DNA from: Ostrea edulis
Lineage: Eukaryota
Assembly (NCBI RefSeq): GCF_947568905.1
Contig: NC_079166.1
Location: forward strand, 20,522,001-20,586,000
DNA length: 64,000 bases
Direction of reading: 5' to 3'
Shown: piece by piece, positions 24,701-38,769 of the stretch
Layout of the letters: every line of letters begins with the position of its first letter
Position numbering within the stretch: the stretch's first letter is position 1
The notes under the pieces: model-generated
The model's database searches: none
The model's input: the letters and a program-made list of their open reading frames with translations, nothing else
Told to the model about the DNA's origin: nothing
Position numbers and translations under genes: made by a program

Positions 24701-25821
24701 CAAAAATAAAATTCCTTTCTTGAGAATCCATCGATGTTGGTGCATTTTTATAAGAAGTCTCCATCAAAGACATTATGAAAAAAAATGAGATATTATCACA
24801 GATGATATGAGATTGTAGGAATAATTGTGATTACAGTAGCTATTAATACTATCTTATGAACAAGCTCTCTATATGTTCATGACCTCACAATTGCCATTTT
24901 AGTAACTGTGGGACTGTAGCGCTACACACACAAATGAAACGTTGAGCAATTTGCATCTATTGATATGAAAATAGTATAGAAATTTACAAATCTTAAAGTA
25001 AATCCGTCAAAACAACATGTATTCAAACGTGTATCACTATCTTTGATTGTCCTTGAGTTAAACATAGACTGTACATCTTCTTATGATAATGGTCGCCGAT
25101 GAAGATTCTTCGCAAAGCTGTCCATCCGCAACACTTTGAGTAACTGAAAGAAATACCATAATAGTTTCTATATATTGCAATTGAAAGGTCAATTTTTTGT
25201 ATCGAAATTAGAATTAGCATAATCGTTTATCACGTCGTTTCAGGATTGTTATATGAAGTTTTAAATCGAATGCCAATGAAGATGGTTCAGACACCCCCCC
25301 CCCCTCTCTTTCCCCTTCGAACTAAGTACTCTAAATTGGGTTGTTGTGAATACGAAAATTGCAACATGTCTTATATTTAATAAATATAATGGGCAAAGGT
25401 ACCCAGAAAAACAAAGAGAAATTCGGGTACTTATTACCAAATATACTTGCTTCCAGTATTCTAATCCTACATGTAATGACAATTCGTTCCTAAATAATTC
25501 CCTTGACAATCCAAAACAACTGTATTTCTACTTCATTATGTATGAAATAACATACATATAATGCTTTTTATAAAGTTGAATCAAAGAATCTTCTTTAAAC
25601 TTTCTCCAAGATCTAAAGAAGTAAAAAACCAAGTCAGATCACTAGTTATACCAAAGTAAGTGATCTAATATTAACAATACCAAAATGCAAAATTTAAAAT
25701 AAAATAGTTGATCAAAATAAATTTTTTTTATATTCCACTCCTCTACCATACACTGCAATACTTGTATTAATTGTGGAGGAGCGGAGTGTACAGGCCTGGT
25801 CTAATTTCAGATTGAAAATAC

Positions 25822-25862
<41 letters not shown>

Positions 25863-25908
25863 ATTGTATACAATTTCTTACGAAGGAGTACAGTACGAGT
25901 GTGAAGTA

Positions 25909-26131
25909 AATGAACTCAGCACCTCCAGATGATTAAATTCAATGAACTCAGCACCTCCAGATGATTAAATTTAATGAACTCAGCACCTCCAGATGATTAA
26001 ATTTAATGAACTCAGCACCTCCAGATGATTAAATTTAATGAACTCAGCACCTCCAGATGATTAAATTTAATGAACTCAGCACCTTCAGATGATTAAACTT
26101 AATGAACTCAGCACCTTCAGATGATTAAACT
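25909..26131. repeat. 32-bp minisatellite (aatgaactcagcacctccagatgattaaattt), 7 copies
   Basis: Direct reading. Confidence 0.95.
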
Positions 26132-26334
26132 TGAAGGAAGGAACGTGCCTGACTGCAATACTCTGCACTTAAACAAGCAGGACCGGGGGACTAGTAAGTG
26201 ACTGAAACTATAGAAGGGGCGAGATCAAAAGTTCAATGTCTGACAGAAAAGTAAATTCACTTAGTTTTCACCAAGACCCCCCCCCCCCCCCCCCCCAATA
26301 GATATGATGAATGTTGAAAGTAATTAATTAACAT

Positions 26335-26606
26335 GTTGATTGGTTGATTGTATATTGTTTAACGTCCTTCTCGAGAAATTTTCACTAATATGGAGACGTC
26401 ACCATTGCCGATGAGGGGCTGCAAAATTTAGGTTTATGCTCGGCGCTTACGGCCTTTCAGCAGGGAGGGATCTTTATTGTACCACACCTGCTGTGACACG
26501 GGACCTCGGTTTTTGCGGTCTCATCCAAAGGACCGCCCCATTTTGTCGCATCTTACGTCAAGCAAGGGGTACTGAGGACCTATTCTAACCCGGATCCCCA
26601 CGGGGT
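26335..26606 (-). mobile_element. SINE-like interspersed repeat ending in an (AATC/AACC)-type tail; partial copies at 15440-15720 and 40185-40245
   Basis: Shared blocks caagcaaggggtactgaggac and cactcatatggagacg are found at three loci. Confidence 0.6.
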
Positions 26607-27001
26607 GAATTAACATGCAAAGACATACCAGTATGCATGATACTCTGTATATCTTGTCTACTGTTTATTCACAAATGAAAGTGTACATCAAAACTATTAA
26701 ATGCTTATCAAAATGTAATACTATTATGTAGATTTTAATAGTCACTCGGTGGGTTTTTTTCTTTTTCCACTAAAGTGTAATCGATGTCGGATGAAAGAAA
26801 ATTACGGGAGCTTTTACTACCCGACTCCCCCAACTATTTGAATTAAATTTTTTATCCGATATTGATCTTTTGATCTCTCCCCTAAATAAAATGAATAAGC
26901 AATCTACAAAAAATTATGATTTTTTTTCTTCAAATTATGTTAAATTCTTAAAACATATTTTGAAAAGGCATCTTTTTTTTTAAGGTAAATGCATTTAACT
27001 A

Positions 27002-27170
27002 CAATAAATACCATGAAACAAGCTTATAAGGAATTCATGCATATTTCGAAGTGATATTTATTCCCCAATGATAGGAAGATAAGGAAAAAAAATATTGGAT
27101 ATAACGAAATTTGGTTATAACGAACTGTTTTTCGCTGGCCCCGAAGGTTCACTATAACCGTGCTTTACTG
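27002..27170. mobile_element. Second, more degenerate copy of the Tc1/mariner-type MITE
   Basis: It ends ctataaccgtgctttactg|ta and starts ta|caataaa, with internal tataacgaa motifs. Confidence 0.55.
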
Positions 27171-28504
27171 TATAATGATACACATATTATAACCCTTTAT
27201 CAAAAATCAAAGACAGATTATGAGAGTTAATTTGATAGAGGAATCTTAATCATGAATGGTTAATCTTTTTAACATAGGGTATGTTGTGTTCTTAAGTTGT
27301 GAATATTGAGTTCAACAGGTATTTACAACATATTTCATTAGATATACTGGTTTATTGTGGGGTTAAGAATAACAAATTCGGATAGAAAGAGATAATTACG
27401 GATCACAGAATCAGGACCAACTGCTCAATGTTAAACTAAAACGATAGCAATGCGTAAAAAGTACAGAGGACAATCACTTCAATTTCCAAATGGAAAGACA
27501 GAATTATTGTTCCCACGGGAAGATTATCATTGAGTAAACTGACACAGTGGAGAAAAAATACGTTGGATAGAATTTCAAATTCTTTAATGAAAAATAAAAT
27601 ACTCATTCATCTGTTTTACATTTTGTTGAAACGGCATGGAATTAATACGTTGGGTATTTTATGAATGCTTCAAGAATTGGTGGTGTGAAATATAAGAATG
27701 TTTTCCGAATCTGTTAAATATTCCAATTTCTTTGAGCATTTATCATTTAACAATTACTTATCCATAGAATACGTAATCCTATCTACAATAGAGAAACAAT
27801 CCATTGTTCTCTTGCACACTGTATAACAGTTGCGGATCTAGAGGGGTTGAATTTTTCAACAAAAAAGGTTAATTTTAATTGGTCAATCTATTTTTAACCA
27901 ATTTTAACCAACCAATGTTAAAAAGTCAATCTTAAATTAATTGCTTTAAATTAAGCGCTTAAGGGGGAGGGGCACAAATGAATTCATGCTGATGGATTAT
28001 AAATTTTTATCATAGAAATTTACAAATCTGGACGTTAAAAGAACATCGATTTACTCAAACAGTCGCAAGAATTCTATGATCATTGATATTGATATTGTAA
28101 ACATGCATAAATAACACCATCTTCTTTAATGATTCACGTTGAAACGAAGAATTGATAAAATGATATGCAGCATTTCAGAAGTTGTGAGCATTCGCACGAG
28201 AATGGAATCGTACAGAAGCCACAAACAGGATCTCTGTAGGGAAGTCCTTCATGAAAAAGTGAGGATAAGGAACAGTGATCAATCTCATAATTCTAGAAAA
28301 ATAGTACAAAATTCCTCCGTGATCCCTACATCTTGATCAACTAAACGAAGTAATCTTGATAAGTTGAACAGAGTAATCCGTAGTCAAAATCAAGAACGAC
28401 CTAATGCAAATAATTCTATTTCCCCAATCCTGCTCACCTTTAATGGATTTCACGGTATGTTTAAAATATAGATAGCAAGATAGAGTGTATAGAAGACCGT
28501 TATT

Positions 28505-31500
28505 TAATGAATGTAGAATGAGACTGAATACCGTAGTTGTAATAATGAATGTAGAATGACACTGAATACCGTAGTTGTACTAATGAATGTAGAATGAGAC
28601 TGAATACCGTAGTTGTAATAATGAATGTAGAATGACACTGAATACCGTAGTGTAATAATGAATGTAGAATGACACTGAATACCGTAGTGTAATAATGAAT
28701 GTAGAATGACACTGAATACCGTAGTGTAATAATGCATGTAGAATGAGACTGAATACCGTAGTGTAATAATGAATGTAGAATGACACTGAATACCGTAGTG
28801 TAATAATGCATGTAGAATGACACTGAATACCGTAGTGTAATAATGCATGTAGAATGAGACTGAATACCGTAGTGTAATAATGAATGTAGAATGACACTGA
28901 ATACCGTAGTGTAATAATGAATGTAGAATGACACTGAATACCGTAGTGTAATAATGCATGTAGAATGAGACTGAATACCGTAGTGTAATAATGAATGTAG
29001 AATGACACTGAATACCGTAGTGTAATAATGCATGTAGAATGACACTGAATACCGTAGTGTAATAATGCATGTAGAATGAGACTGAATACCGTAGTTGTAA
29101 TAATGAATGTAGAAATAGACTGAATACCGTAGTTGTAATAATGAATGTAGAAATAGACTGAATACCGTAGTTGAAATAATGAATGTAGAATGAGACTCAA
29201 TACCGTAGTTGTAATAGTGAATGTAGAATGAGACTGAATACAGTAGTTGTAATAATGAATGTAGAATGAAACTGAATACCGTAGTTGTAATAATGAATGT
29301 AGAATGAGACTGAATACCGTAGTTGTAATAATGAATGTAGATTGAGACTGAATACCGTAGTTGTAATAATGAATGTAGAATGACACTGTATTAATGAATG
29401 TAGAATGACACTGAATACCGTAGTTGTAATAATGAATGTAGAATGACACTGAATACCATAGATGTAATAATGAATGTAGAATGACACTGAATACCGTAGT
29501 TGTAATAATGAATGTAGAATGACACTGAATACTGTAGTTGTAATAATGAATGTAGAATAGGACTGAATACCGTAGTTGTAATAATGAATGTAGAATGACA
29601 CTGAATACTGTAGTGTAATAATGAATGTAGAATGACACTGAATACCGTAGTGTTATAATGAATGTAGAATGACACTGAATACCGTAGTTGTAATAATGAA
29701 TGTAGAATGAGACTGAATACCGTAGTTGTAATAATGAATGTAGAATGACACTGAATACCGTAGTTGTAATAATGAATGTAGAATGACACTGAATACTGTA
29801 GTTGTAATAATGAATGTAGAATGACACTGAATACCATAGATGTAATAATGAATGTAGAATGACACTGAATACCGTAGTTGTAATAATGAATGTAGAATGA
29901 CACTGAATACTGTAATTGTAATAATGAATGTAGAATAGGACTGAATACCGTAGTTGTAATAATGAATGTAGAATGACACTGAAAACTGTAGTGTAATAAT
30001 GAATGTAGAATGACACTGAATACCTTAGTGTTATAATGAATGTAGAATGACACTGAATACCGTAGTTGTAATAATGAATGTAGAATGAGACTGAATACCG
30101 TAGTTGTAATAATGAATGTAGAATGAAACTGAATACCGTAGTGTAATAATGAATGTAGGATGACACTGAATACCGTAGTTGTAATAATGAATGTAGAATG
30201 AGTCTCACTACCGTAGTGTATTAATGAATGTAGAATGAGTCTGAATACCGTAGTTGTAATAATGAATGTAGAATGAGTCTGAATACCGTAGTTGTAATAA
30301 TGAATGTAGAATGACACTGAATACCGTAGTTGTAATAATGAATGTAGAATGAGACTCACTACCGTAGTGTATTAATGAATGTAGAATGACACTGAATACC
30401 GTAGTGAGTTAATGAATGTAGAATGAGACTGAATACCGTAGTGTATTAATGAATGTATAATGAGACTGAATACCGTAGTGTAATAATGAATGTAGAATAA
30501 GACTGAATACCGTAGTGTATTAATGAATGTAGAATGAGACTGAATACCGTAGTTGTAATAATGAATGTAGAATGACACTGAATACCGTAGTTGTAATAAT
30601 GAATGTAGAATGAAACTGAATACCGTAGTTGTAATAATGAATGTAGAATGAGACTGAATACCGTAATGTATTAATGAATGTAGAATGAGACTGAATACCG
30701 TAATGTAATAATGAATGTAGAATGACACTGAATACCGAAGTGTAATAATGGATGTAGAATGAGACTGAATACCGTAGTGTAATAATGGATGTAAAATGAG
30801 ACTGACTACCGTAGTTGTAATAATGAATGTAGAATAAGACTGAATACCATAGTTGTAATAATGAATGTAGAATGACACTGAATACCGTAGTTGTAATAAT
30901 GAATGTAGAATGACCCTGAATACAGTAGTTGTAATAATGAATGTAGAATGACACTGAATACCGTAGTTGTAATAATGAATGTAGAATGACACTGAATACC
31001 GTAGTGTAATACTGAATGTAGAATGAGACTGAATACCGTAGTTGTAATAATGAATGTAGAATGACAATGAATATCGTAATGTAATAATGAATGTAGAATG
31101 AGATTCAATACCGTAGTTCTGATAATGAATGTAGAATGAGACTGAATACCGTAGTTGTAATAATGAATGTAGAATGACACTGAATACCGTAGTTGTAATA
31201 ATGAATATAGAATGACACTGAATACTGTAGTTGTAATAATGAATGTAGAATGACAATGAATACCGTAGTGTAATAATGAATGTAGAATGACACTGAATAC
31301 CGTAGTTGTAATAATGAATGTAGAATGACAATGAATACCGTAGTGTAATAATGAATGTAGAATGACACTGAATACCGTAGTTGTAATAATGAATGTAGAA
31401 TGACAATGAATACCGTAGTGTAATAATGAATGTAGAATGACACTGAATACCGTAGTGTAATAATGAATGTAGAATGACACTGAATACCGTAGTTGTAATA

Positions 31501-32242
31501 ATGAATGTAGAATGACACTGAATATCGTAATGTAATAATGAATGTAGAATGACAATGAATATCGTAGTTGTAATAATGAATGTAGAATGACACTGAATAC
31601 CGTAGTTGTAATAATGAATGTAGAATGACATTGAATACCGTAGTGTAATAATGAATGTAGAATGACACTGAATACCGTAGTGTTATAATGAATGTAGAAT
31701 GACACTGAATACCGTAGTGTAATAATGAATGTAGAATAAGACTGAATACCGTAGTGTAATAATGAATGTAGAATGACACTGAATACCATAGTGTAATAAT
31801 GAATGTAGAATGACAATGAATACCGTAGTGTTATAATGAATGTAGAATGAGACTGAATACCGTAGTGTAATAATGAATGTAGAATGACACTGAATACCGT
31901 TGTGTAATAATGAATGTAGAATGACACTGAATACCGTAGTTGTAATAATGAATGTAGAATGACACTGAATACCGTAGTGTAATAATGAATGTAGAATGAC
32001 ACTGAATACCGTAGTGTAATAATGAATGTAGAATAAGACTGAATACCGTAATGTAATAATGAATGTAGACTGAGACTGAATACCGTAATGTAATAATGAA
32101 TGTAGAATGAGACTGAATAACGTAATGTAATAATGAATGTAGACTGAGACTGAATACCGTAATGTAATAATGAATGTAGAATGACACTGAATACCGTAAA
32201 GTAATAAAGAATGTAGATAGACACTGAATACCGTTGTGTAAT
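28505..32242. repeat. Satellite array 1, 37/38-bp monomer (aatgaatgtagaatgacactgaataccgtag[t]tgtaat), about 100 units
   Basis: Direct reading: period 37 (for example 28621 to 28658), with a 38-bp variant. Confidence 0.98.
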
Positions 32243-33033
32243 ACCGAGCGAAGCTCGGACGGGCCGAATGCCTGTCCGCGAAGCAAGGCTCTAAAGGTAA
32301 CACGTATGTAAAAGAAAAAAGTCAAAATCAGCAAAAGAAAAAGAGATAATCTCTATATACGTTCACTGAAATTTTCGTGATCCATATGGGCGCCGCCATT
32401 TATTTTTTCATTACCTGCTTCAACAGTTATTCGTGTTTTATTTTGAATGCCAATAATAGAAGACTCTGACGTGCAATTCGTAATTTAAACACTCAGTTTG
32501 TTCAAAGTGAATAGTATAATTATCATTGTAACAGGTTTTAGCAAATAAATACATATAAAACCGTAATACGACTAAATAGATGAACGAGTTCATGAGTTTC
32601 TTTGAATAAGAATATACGATAAAATTACGGTTACTTTTTTTTCACCACAATTTTGAATCCATTGGTTAATTTTGTTTAGTTTTAACCGCCTTTTCATTGC
32701 ATACGGAATGTATTATTGTTGTTTATGATTGTTTGCTTTGAAAACGAAAAAGTCGAGCTAAATGTGACGTCACGATGCACTGTTTACGTCGTCTTGCGTT
32801 TTATTTCCCGCGTTCAATGAATAGGCGGATCCCGTAAAACTGTTGTCCCCATATAAACCCCTTTAATACTGAGATGTTACTGCGTGTTTAGCGCAATGAA
32901 AATTTCATTCAAAATATATATTTTTAAATGAATCATAATCTATTGTACTTAACGGAATTATGATTACCACTTGGGACACTCCAATGACCAGTACATTCTT
33001 CGCTCGGTCCAACGGTCACACCGTATACATATT
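32243..33033 (+). mobile_element. Non-autonomous Helentron/HINE-like element inserted within a satellite monomer
   Basis: 5' hairpin ccgagc-gaa-gctcgg. Subterminal IR accgagcgaag (32243) pairs with cttcgctcggt (32998-33008). A 3' stem-loop acggt-cac-accgt follows. There is no TSD, and the monomer gtgtaat|aatg rejoins across the insertion. Confidence 0.65.
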
Positions 33034-36000
33034 AATGAATGTAGAATGACACTGAATACCGTAGTGTAATAATGAATGTAGAATGAGACTGAATACCGTA
33101 GTGTAATAATGAATGTAAAATGACACTGAATACCGTAGTGTAATACTGAATGTAGAATGACACTGAATACCGTAGTGTAATAATGAATGTAGAATGACAC
33201 TGAATACCGTAGTTGTAATAATGAATGTAGAATGAGACTGAATACCGTAGTTGTAATAATGAATGTAGAATGACACTGAATACAGTAGTTGTAATAATGA
33301 ATGTAGAATGACACTGAATACCGTAGTTGTAATAATGAATGTAGAATGACACTGAATACCGTAGTGTAATAATGAATGTAGATTAAGACTGAATACCGTA
33401 GTGTATTAATGAATGTAGAATGAGACTCACTACCGTAGTGTATTAATGAATGTAGAATGACACTGAATATCGTAGTTGTAATAATGAATGTGGAATGAGA
33501 CTGAATACCGTAGTTGTAATAATGAATGTAGAATGAGACTGAATACCATAGTGTAATAATGAATGTAGAATGACACTGAATACCGTAGTGTAATAATGAA
33601 TGTAGAATGACACTGAATATCGTAGTGTAATAATGAATATAGAATGAGACTGAATACCGTAGTTGTAATAATGAATGTAATATGAAACTGAATACCGTAG
33701 TGTAATAATGAATATAGAATGACACTGAATACCGTAGTTGTAATAATGAATGTAGAATGAGACTGAACACCGTAGTTGTAATAATGAATGTAGAATGACT
33801 GTAAATACCGTAGTGTAATAATAAATATAGAATGACACTGAATACCGTAGTGTAATAATGAATATAAAATGAGACTGAATACCGTAGTTATAATAATGAA
33901 TATAGAATGAGACTGAATACCGTAGTTGTAATAATGAATGTAGAATGACACTGAATACCGTAGTTGTAATACTGAATGTAGAATGACACTGAATACCGTA
34001 GTGTAATAATAAATGTAGAATGACACCGAATACCGTAGTTGTAATAATGAACGTAGAATGACACTCAATACCGTAGTTATAATAATGAATGTAGAATGAG
34101 ACTGAATACCGTAGTGTAATAATGAATGTAGAATAACACTGAATACCGTAGTTGTAATAATGAATGTAGAATGAGACTGAATACCGTAGTGTAATAATGA
34201 ATGTAGAATGAGACTGAATACCGTAGTGTAATAATGAATGTAGAATGACACTGAATATCGTAGTGTAATAATGAATATAGAATGAGACTGAATACCGTAG
34301 TTGTAATAATGAATGTAATATGAAACTGAATACCGTAGTGTAATAATGAATATATAATGACACTGAATACCGTAGTTGTAATAATGAATGTAGAATGAGA
34401 TTGAACACCGTAGTTGTAATAATGAATGTAGAATGACTGTAAATACCGTAGTGTAATAATAAATATAGAATGACACTGAATACCGTAGTGTAATAATGAA
34501 TATAAAATGAGACTGAATACCGTAGTTATAATAATGAATATAGAATGAGACTGAATACCGTAGTTGTAATAATGAATGTAGAATGACACTGAATACCATA
34601 GTTGTAATACTGAATGTAGAATGAGACTGAATACCGTAGTGTAATAATAAATGTAGAATGACACCGAATACCGTAGTTGTAATAATGAATGTAGAATGAC
34701 ACTCAATACCGTAGTTATAATAATGAATGTAGAATGAGACTGAATACCGTAGTTGTAATACTGAATGTAGAATGAGACTGAATACCATAGTGTAATAATG
34801 AATGTAGAATGACACTGAATACCGTAGTGTAATAATGAATGTAGAATGACACTGAATATCGTAGTGTAATAATGAATATAGAATGAGACTGAATACCGTA
34901 GTTGTAATAATGAATGTAATATGAAACTGAATACCGTAGTGTAATAATGAATATAGAATGACACTGAATACCGTAGTTGTAATAATGAATGTAGAATGAG
35001 ACTGAACACCGTAGTTGTAATAATGAATGTAGAATGACTGTAAATACCGTAGTGTAATAATAAATATAGAATGACACTGAATACCGTAGTGTAATAATGA
35101 ATATAAAATGAGACTGAATACCGTAGTTATAATAATGAATATAGAATGAGACTGAATACCGTAGTTGTAATAATGAATGTAGAATGACACTGAATACCAT
35201 AGTTGTAATACTGAATGTAGAATGAGACTGAATACCGTAGTGTAATAATAAATGTAGAATGACACCGAATACCGTAGTTGTAATAATGAATGTAGAATGA
35301 CACTCAATACCGTAGTTATAATAATGAATGTAGAATGAGACTGAATACCGTAGTTGTAATACTGAATGTAGAATGAGACTGAATACCATAGTGTAATAAT
35401 GAATGTAGAATGACACTGAATACCGTAGTGTAATAATGAATGTAGAATGACACTGAATATCGTAGTGTAATAATGAATATAGAATGAGACTGAATACCGT
35501 AGTTGTAATAATGAATGTAATATGAAACTGAATACCGTAGTGTAATAATGAATATAGAATGACACTGAATACCGTAGTTGTAATAATGAATGTAGAATGA
35601 GACTGAACACCGTAGTTGTAATAATGAATGTAGAATGACTGTAAATACCGTAGTGTAATAATAAATATAGAATGACACTGAATACCGTAGTGTAATAATG
35701 AATATAAAATGAGACTGAATACCGTAGTTATAATAATGAATATAGAATGAGACTGAATACCGTAGTTGTAATAATGAATGTAGAATGACACTGAATACCG
35801 TAGTTGTAATACTGAATGTAGAATGACACTGAATACCGTAGTGTAATAATAAATGTAGAATGACACCGAATACCGTAGTTGTAATAATGAACGTAGAATG
35901 ACACTCAATACCGTAGTTATAATAATGAATGTAGAATGAGACTGAATACCGTAGTGTAATAATGAATGTAGAATAACACTGAATACCGTAGTTGTAATAA

Positions 36001-38052
36001 TGAATGTAGAATGAGACTGAATACCGTAGTGTAATAATGAATGTAGAATGAGACTGAATACCGTAGTGTAATAATGAATGTAGAATGACACTGAATATCG
36101 TAGTGTAATAATGAATATAGAATGAGACTGAATACCGTAGTTGTAATAATGAATGTAATATGAAACTGAATACCGTAGTGTAATAATGAATATATAATGA
36201 CACTGAATACCGTAGTTGTAATAATGAATGTAGAATGAGACTGAACACCGTAGTTGTAATAATGAATGTAGAATGACTGTAAATACCGTAGTGTAATAAT
36301 AAATATAGAATGACACTGAATACCGTAGTGTAATAATGAATATAAAATGAGACTGAATACCGTAGTTATAATAATGAATATAGAATGAGACTGAATACCG
36401 TAGTTGTAATAATGAATGTAGAATGACACTGAATACCATAGTTGTAATACTGAATGTAGAATGAGACTGAATACCGTAGTGTAATAATAAATGTAGAATG
36501 ACACCGAATACCGTAGTTGTAATAATGAATGTAGAATGACACTCAATACCGTAGTTATAATAATGAATGTAGAATGAGACTGAATACCGTAGTTGTAATA
36601 CTGAATGTAGAATGAAACTGAATACCGTAGTGTAATAATGAATGTAGAATAACACTGAATACCGTAGTTGTAATAATGAATGTAGAATGAGACTCACTAC
36701 CGTAGTGTAATAATGAATGTAGAATGACACTGAATACCGTAGCTGTAATAATGAATGTAGAATGACACTGAATACCGTAGTGTAATAATGAATGTAGAAT
36801 GACACTGAATACCGTAGCTGTAATAATGAATGTAGAATGACACTGAATACCTTAGTGTAATAATGAATGTAGAATGACACTGAATACCGTAGTTGTAATA
36901 ATGAATGTAGAATGAGACTGAATACCGTAGTTTTAATAATGAATGTAGAATGAGACTGAATACCGTAGTGTAATAATGAATGTAGAATGAGACTGAATAC
37001 CGTAGTTTTAATAATGAATGTAGAATGAGACTGAATACCGTAGTTGTAATAATGAATGTAGAATGAGACTGAATACCGTAGTTGTAATAATGAATGTAGA
37101 ATGAGACTGAATACCGTAGTGTAATAGTGAATGTAGAATGACACTGAATACCGTAGTGTAATACTGAATGTAGAATGACACTGAATACCGTAGTGTAATA
37201 ATGAATGTAGAATGACACTGAATACTGTAGTTGTAATAATGAATGTAGAATGACACTGAATACCGTAGTGTAATAATGAATGTAGAATGACACTGAATAC
37301 CGTAGTGTAATAGTGAATGTAGAATGACACTGAATACCGTAGTGTAATAATGAATGTAGAATGAGACTGAATACCGTAGTGTAATAATGAATGTAGAATG
37401 ATACTGAATACCGTAGTGTAATAATGAATGTAGAATGAGACTGAATACCGTAGTGTAATAATGAATGTAGAATGACACTGAATACCGTAGCTGTAATAAT
37501 GAATGTAGAATGACACTGAATACCGTAGTGTAATAATGAATGTAGAATGAGACTGAATACCGTAGTTGTAATAATGAATGTAGAATGAGACTGAATACCG
37601 TAGTTTTAATAATGAATGTAGAATGAGACTGAATACCGTAGTGTAATAATGAATGTAGAATGAGACTGAATACCGTAGTTTTAATAATGAATGTAGAATG
37701 AGACTGAATACCGTAGTTGTAATAATGAATGTAGAATGAGACTGAATACCGTAGTGTAATAATGAATGTAGAATGACACTGAATACCGTAGTGTAATAAT
37801 GAATGTAGAATGACACTGAATACCGTAGTGTAATAATGAATGTAGAATGAGACTGAATACCGTAGTGTATTAATGAATGTAGAATGAGACTGAATACCGT
37901 AGTGTAATAGTGAATGTAAAATGACACTGAATACCGTAGTGTAATAATGAATGCAGAATGACATTGAATACCGTAGTTGTAATAATGAATGTAGAATGAG
38001 TCTGAATATCGTAGTGTAATAATATATGTAGAATGAGACTCAATACCGTAGC
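33034..38052. repeat. Satellite array 2, same 37/38-bp monomer, about 134 units, with higher-order repeats
   Basis: Same monomer. The diagnostic variant gactgtaaat recurs at 33797, 34435, 35036, 35637 and 36275. Confidence 0.98.
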
Positions 38053-38769
38053 TGCACGAGAGTTCGACCACTGCCTTTGGTTTTTTCTGTTCATTTTTCC
38101 TCTCTGAAAATGAAATGTTTGAAAACGTTATTTTCATTTCAAGAAATAATGGCGGGTGGTATAATGTTACTGCTACGTAGAGCTACAATCGGCAATTCTC
38201 GGATGATTCCGCTACACTTCATACAATGTGAAGAATACAAGGATATTATTTGGTGTGAAGCGTGCAGAAATCTTCTGAGAATTGGCGATTGGTACGATGT
38301 GAAGCTTAGCGGAATCATCCGAGGATCGGCTAGCGGAAAAAATAAAAACAAAGACCGAATGGGTAATCCTTCAACAACTCTGACAAAGAGGTGATCACTA
38401 ATCTGCAAAAGTATGCTTTTCTTTAGAAAACAAATAGCAATTAATTATGCATATGAAATGAAGTTATACAATTTCCAAGAAATTTCTAACGCTAACGGCC
38501 GTGGTTCGCTTTGTAACCGGGAAGTCATGAGTTCGAGTCCTGCTTGTGCCATGACCTCTTCAAACTTAAGACATATCCAGTGTAAATTAAATGTGGATTT
38601 AAAAAAAATTCTGAAGAGCTTTAAGTACATCTGAAATGACAAAACTTTTCTCAAATCAACATCAATACGAATGACTTTTCAACACTTTACACAACCATTC
38701 CTCGCCACGAATTAAAGACTAGATTTCTAAACATTATAGAGAGTTGTTTCCTCAATAAAAATGGAAAAG

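Noticed and set aside
28505-38052. CRISPR-like array (37-bp repeat length)
   Set aside because: The monomers are head-to-tail with no unique spacers, there are no cas genes and the context is eukaryotic.
28500-38137. Many long minus-strand ORFs (up to 1140 aa; repeats of SFYIHYY, GIQCHSTFII, VFSVILHSLL)
   Set aside because: These are translations of the 37/38-bp satellite, which lacks stops on that strand. The same peptide cycles through all three frames.
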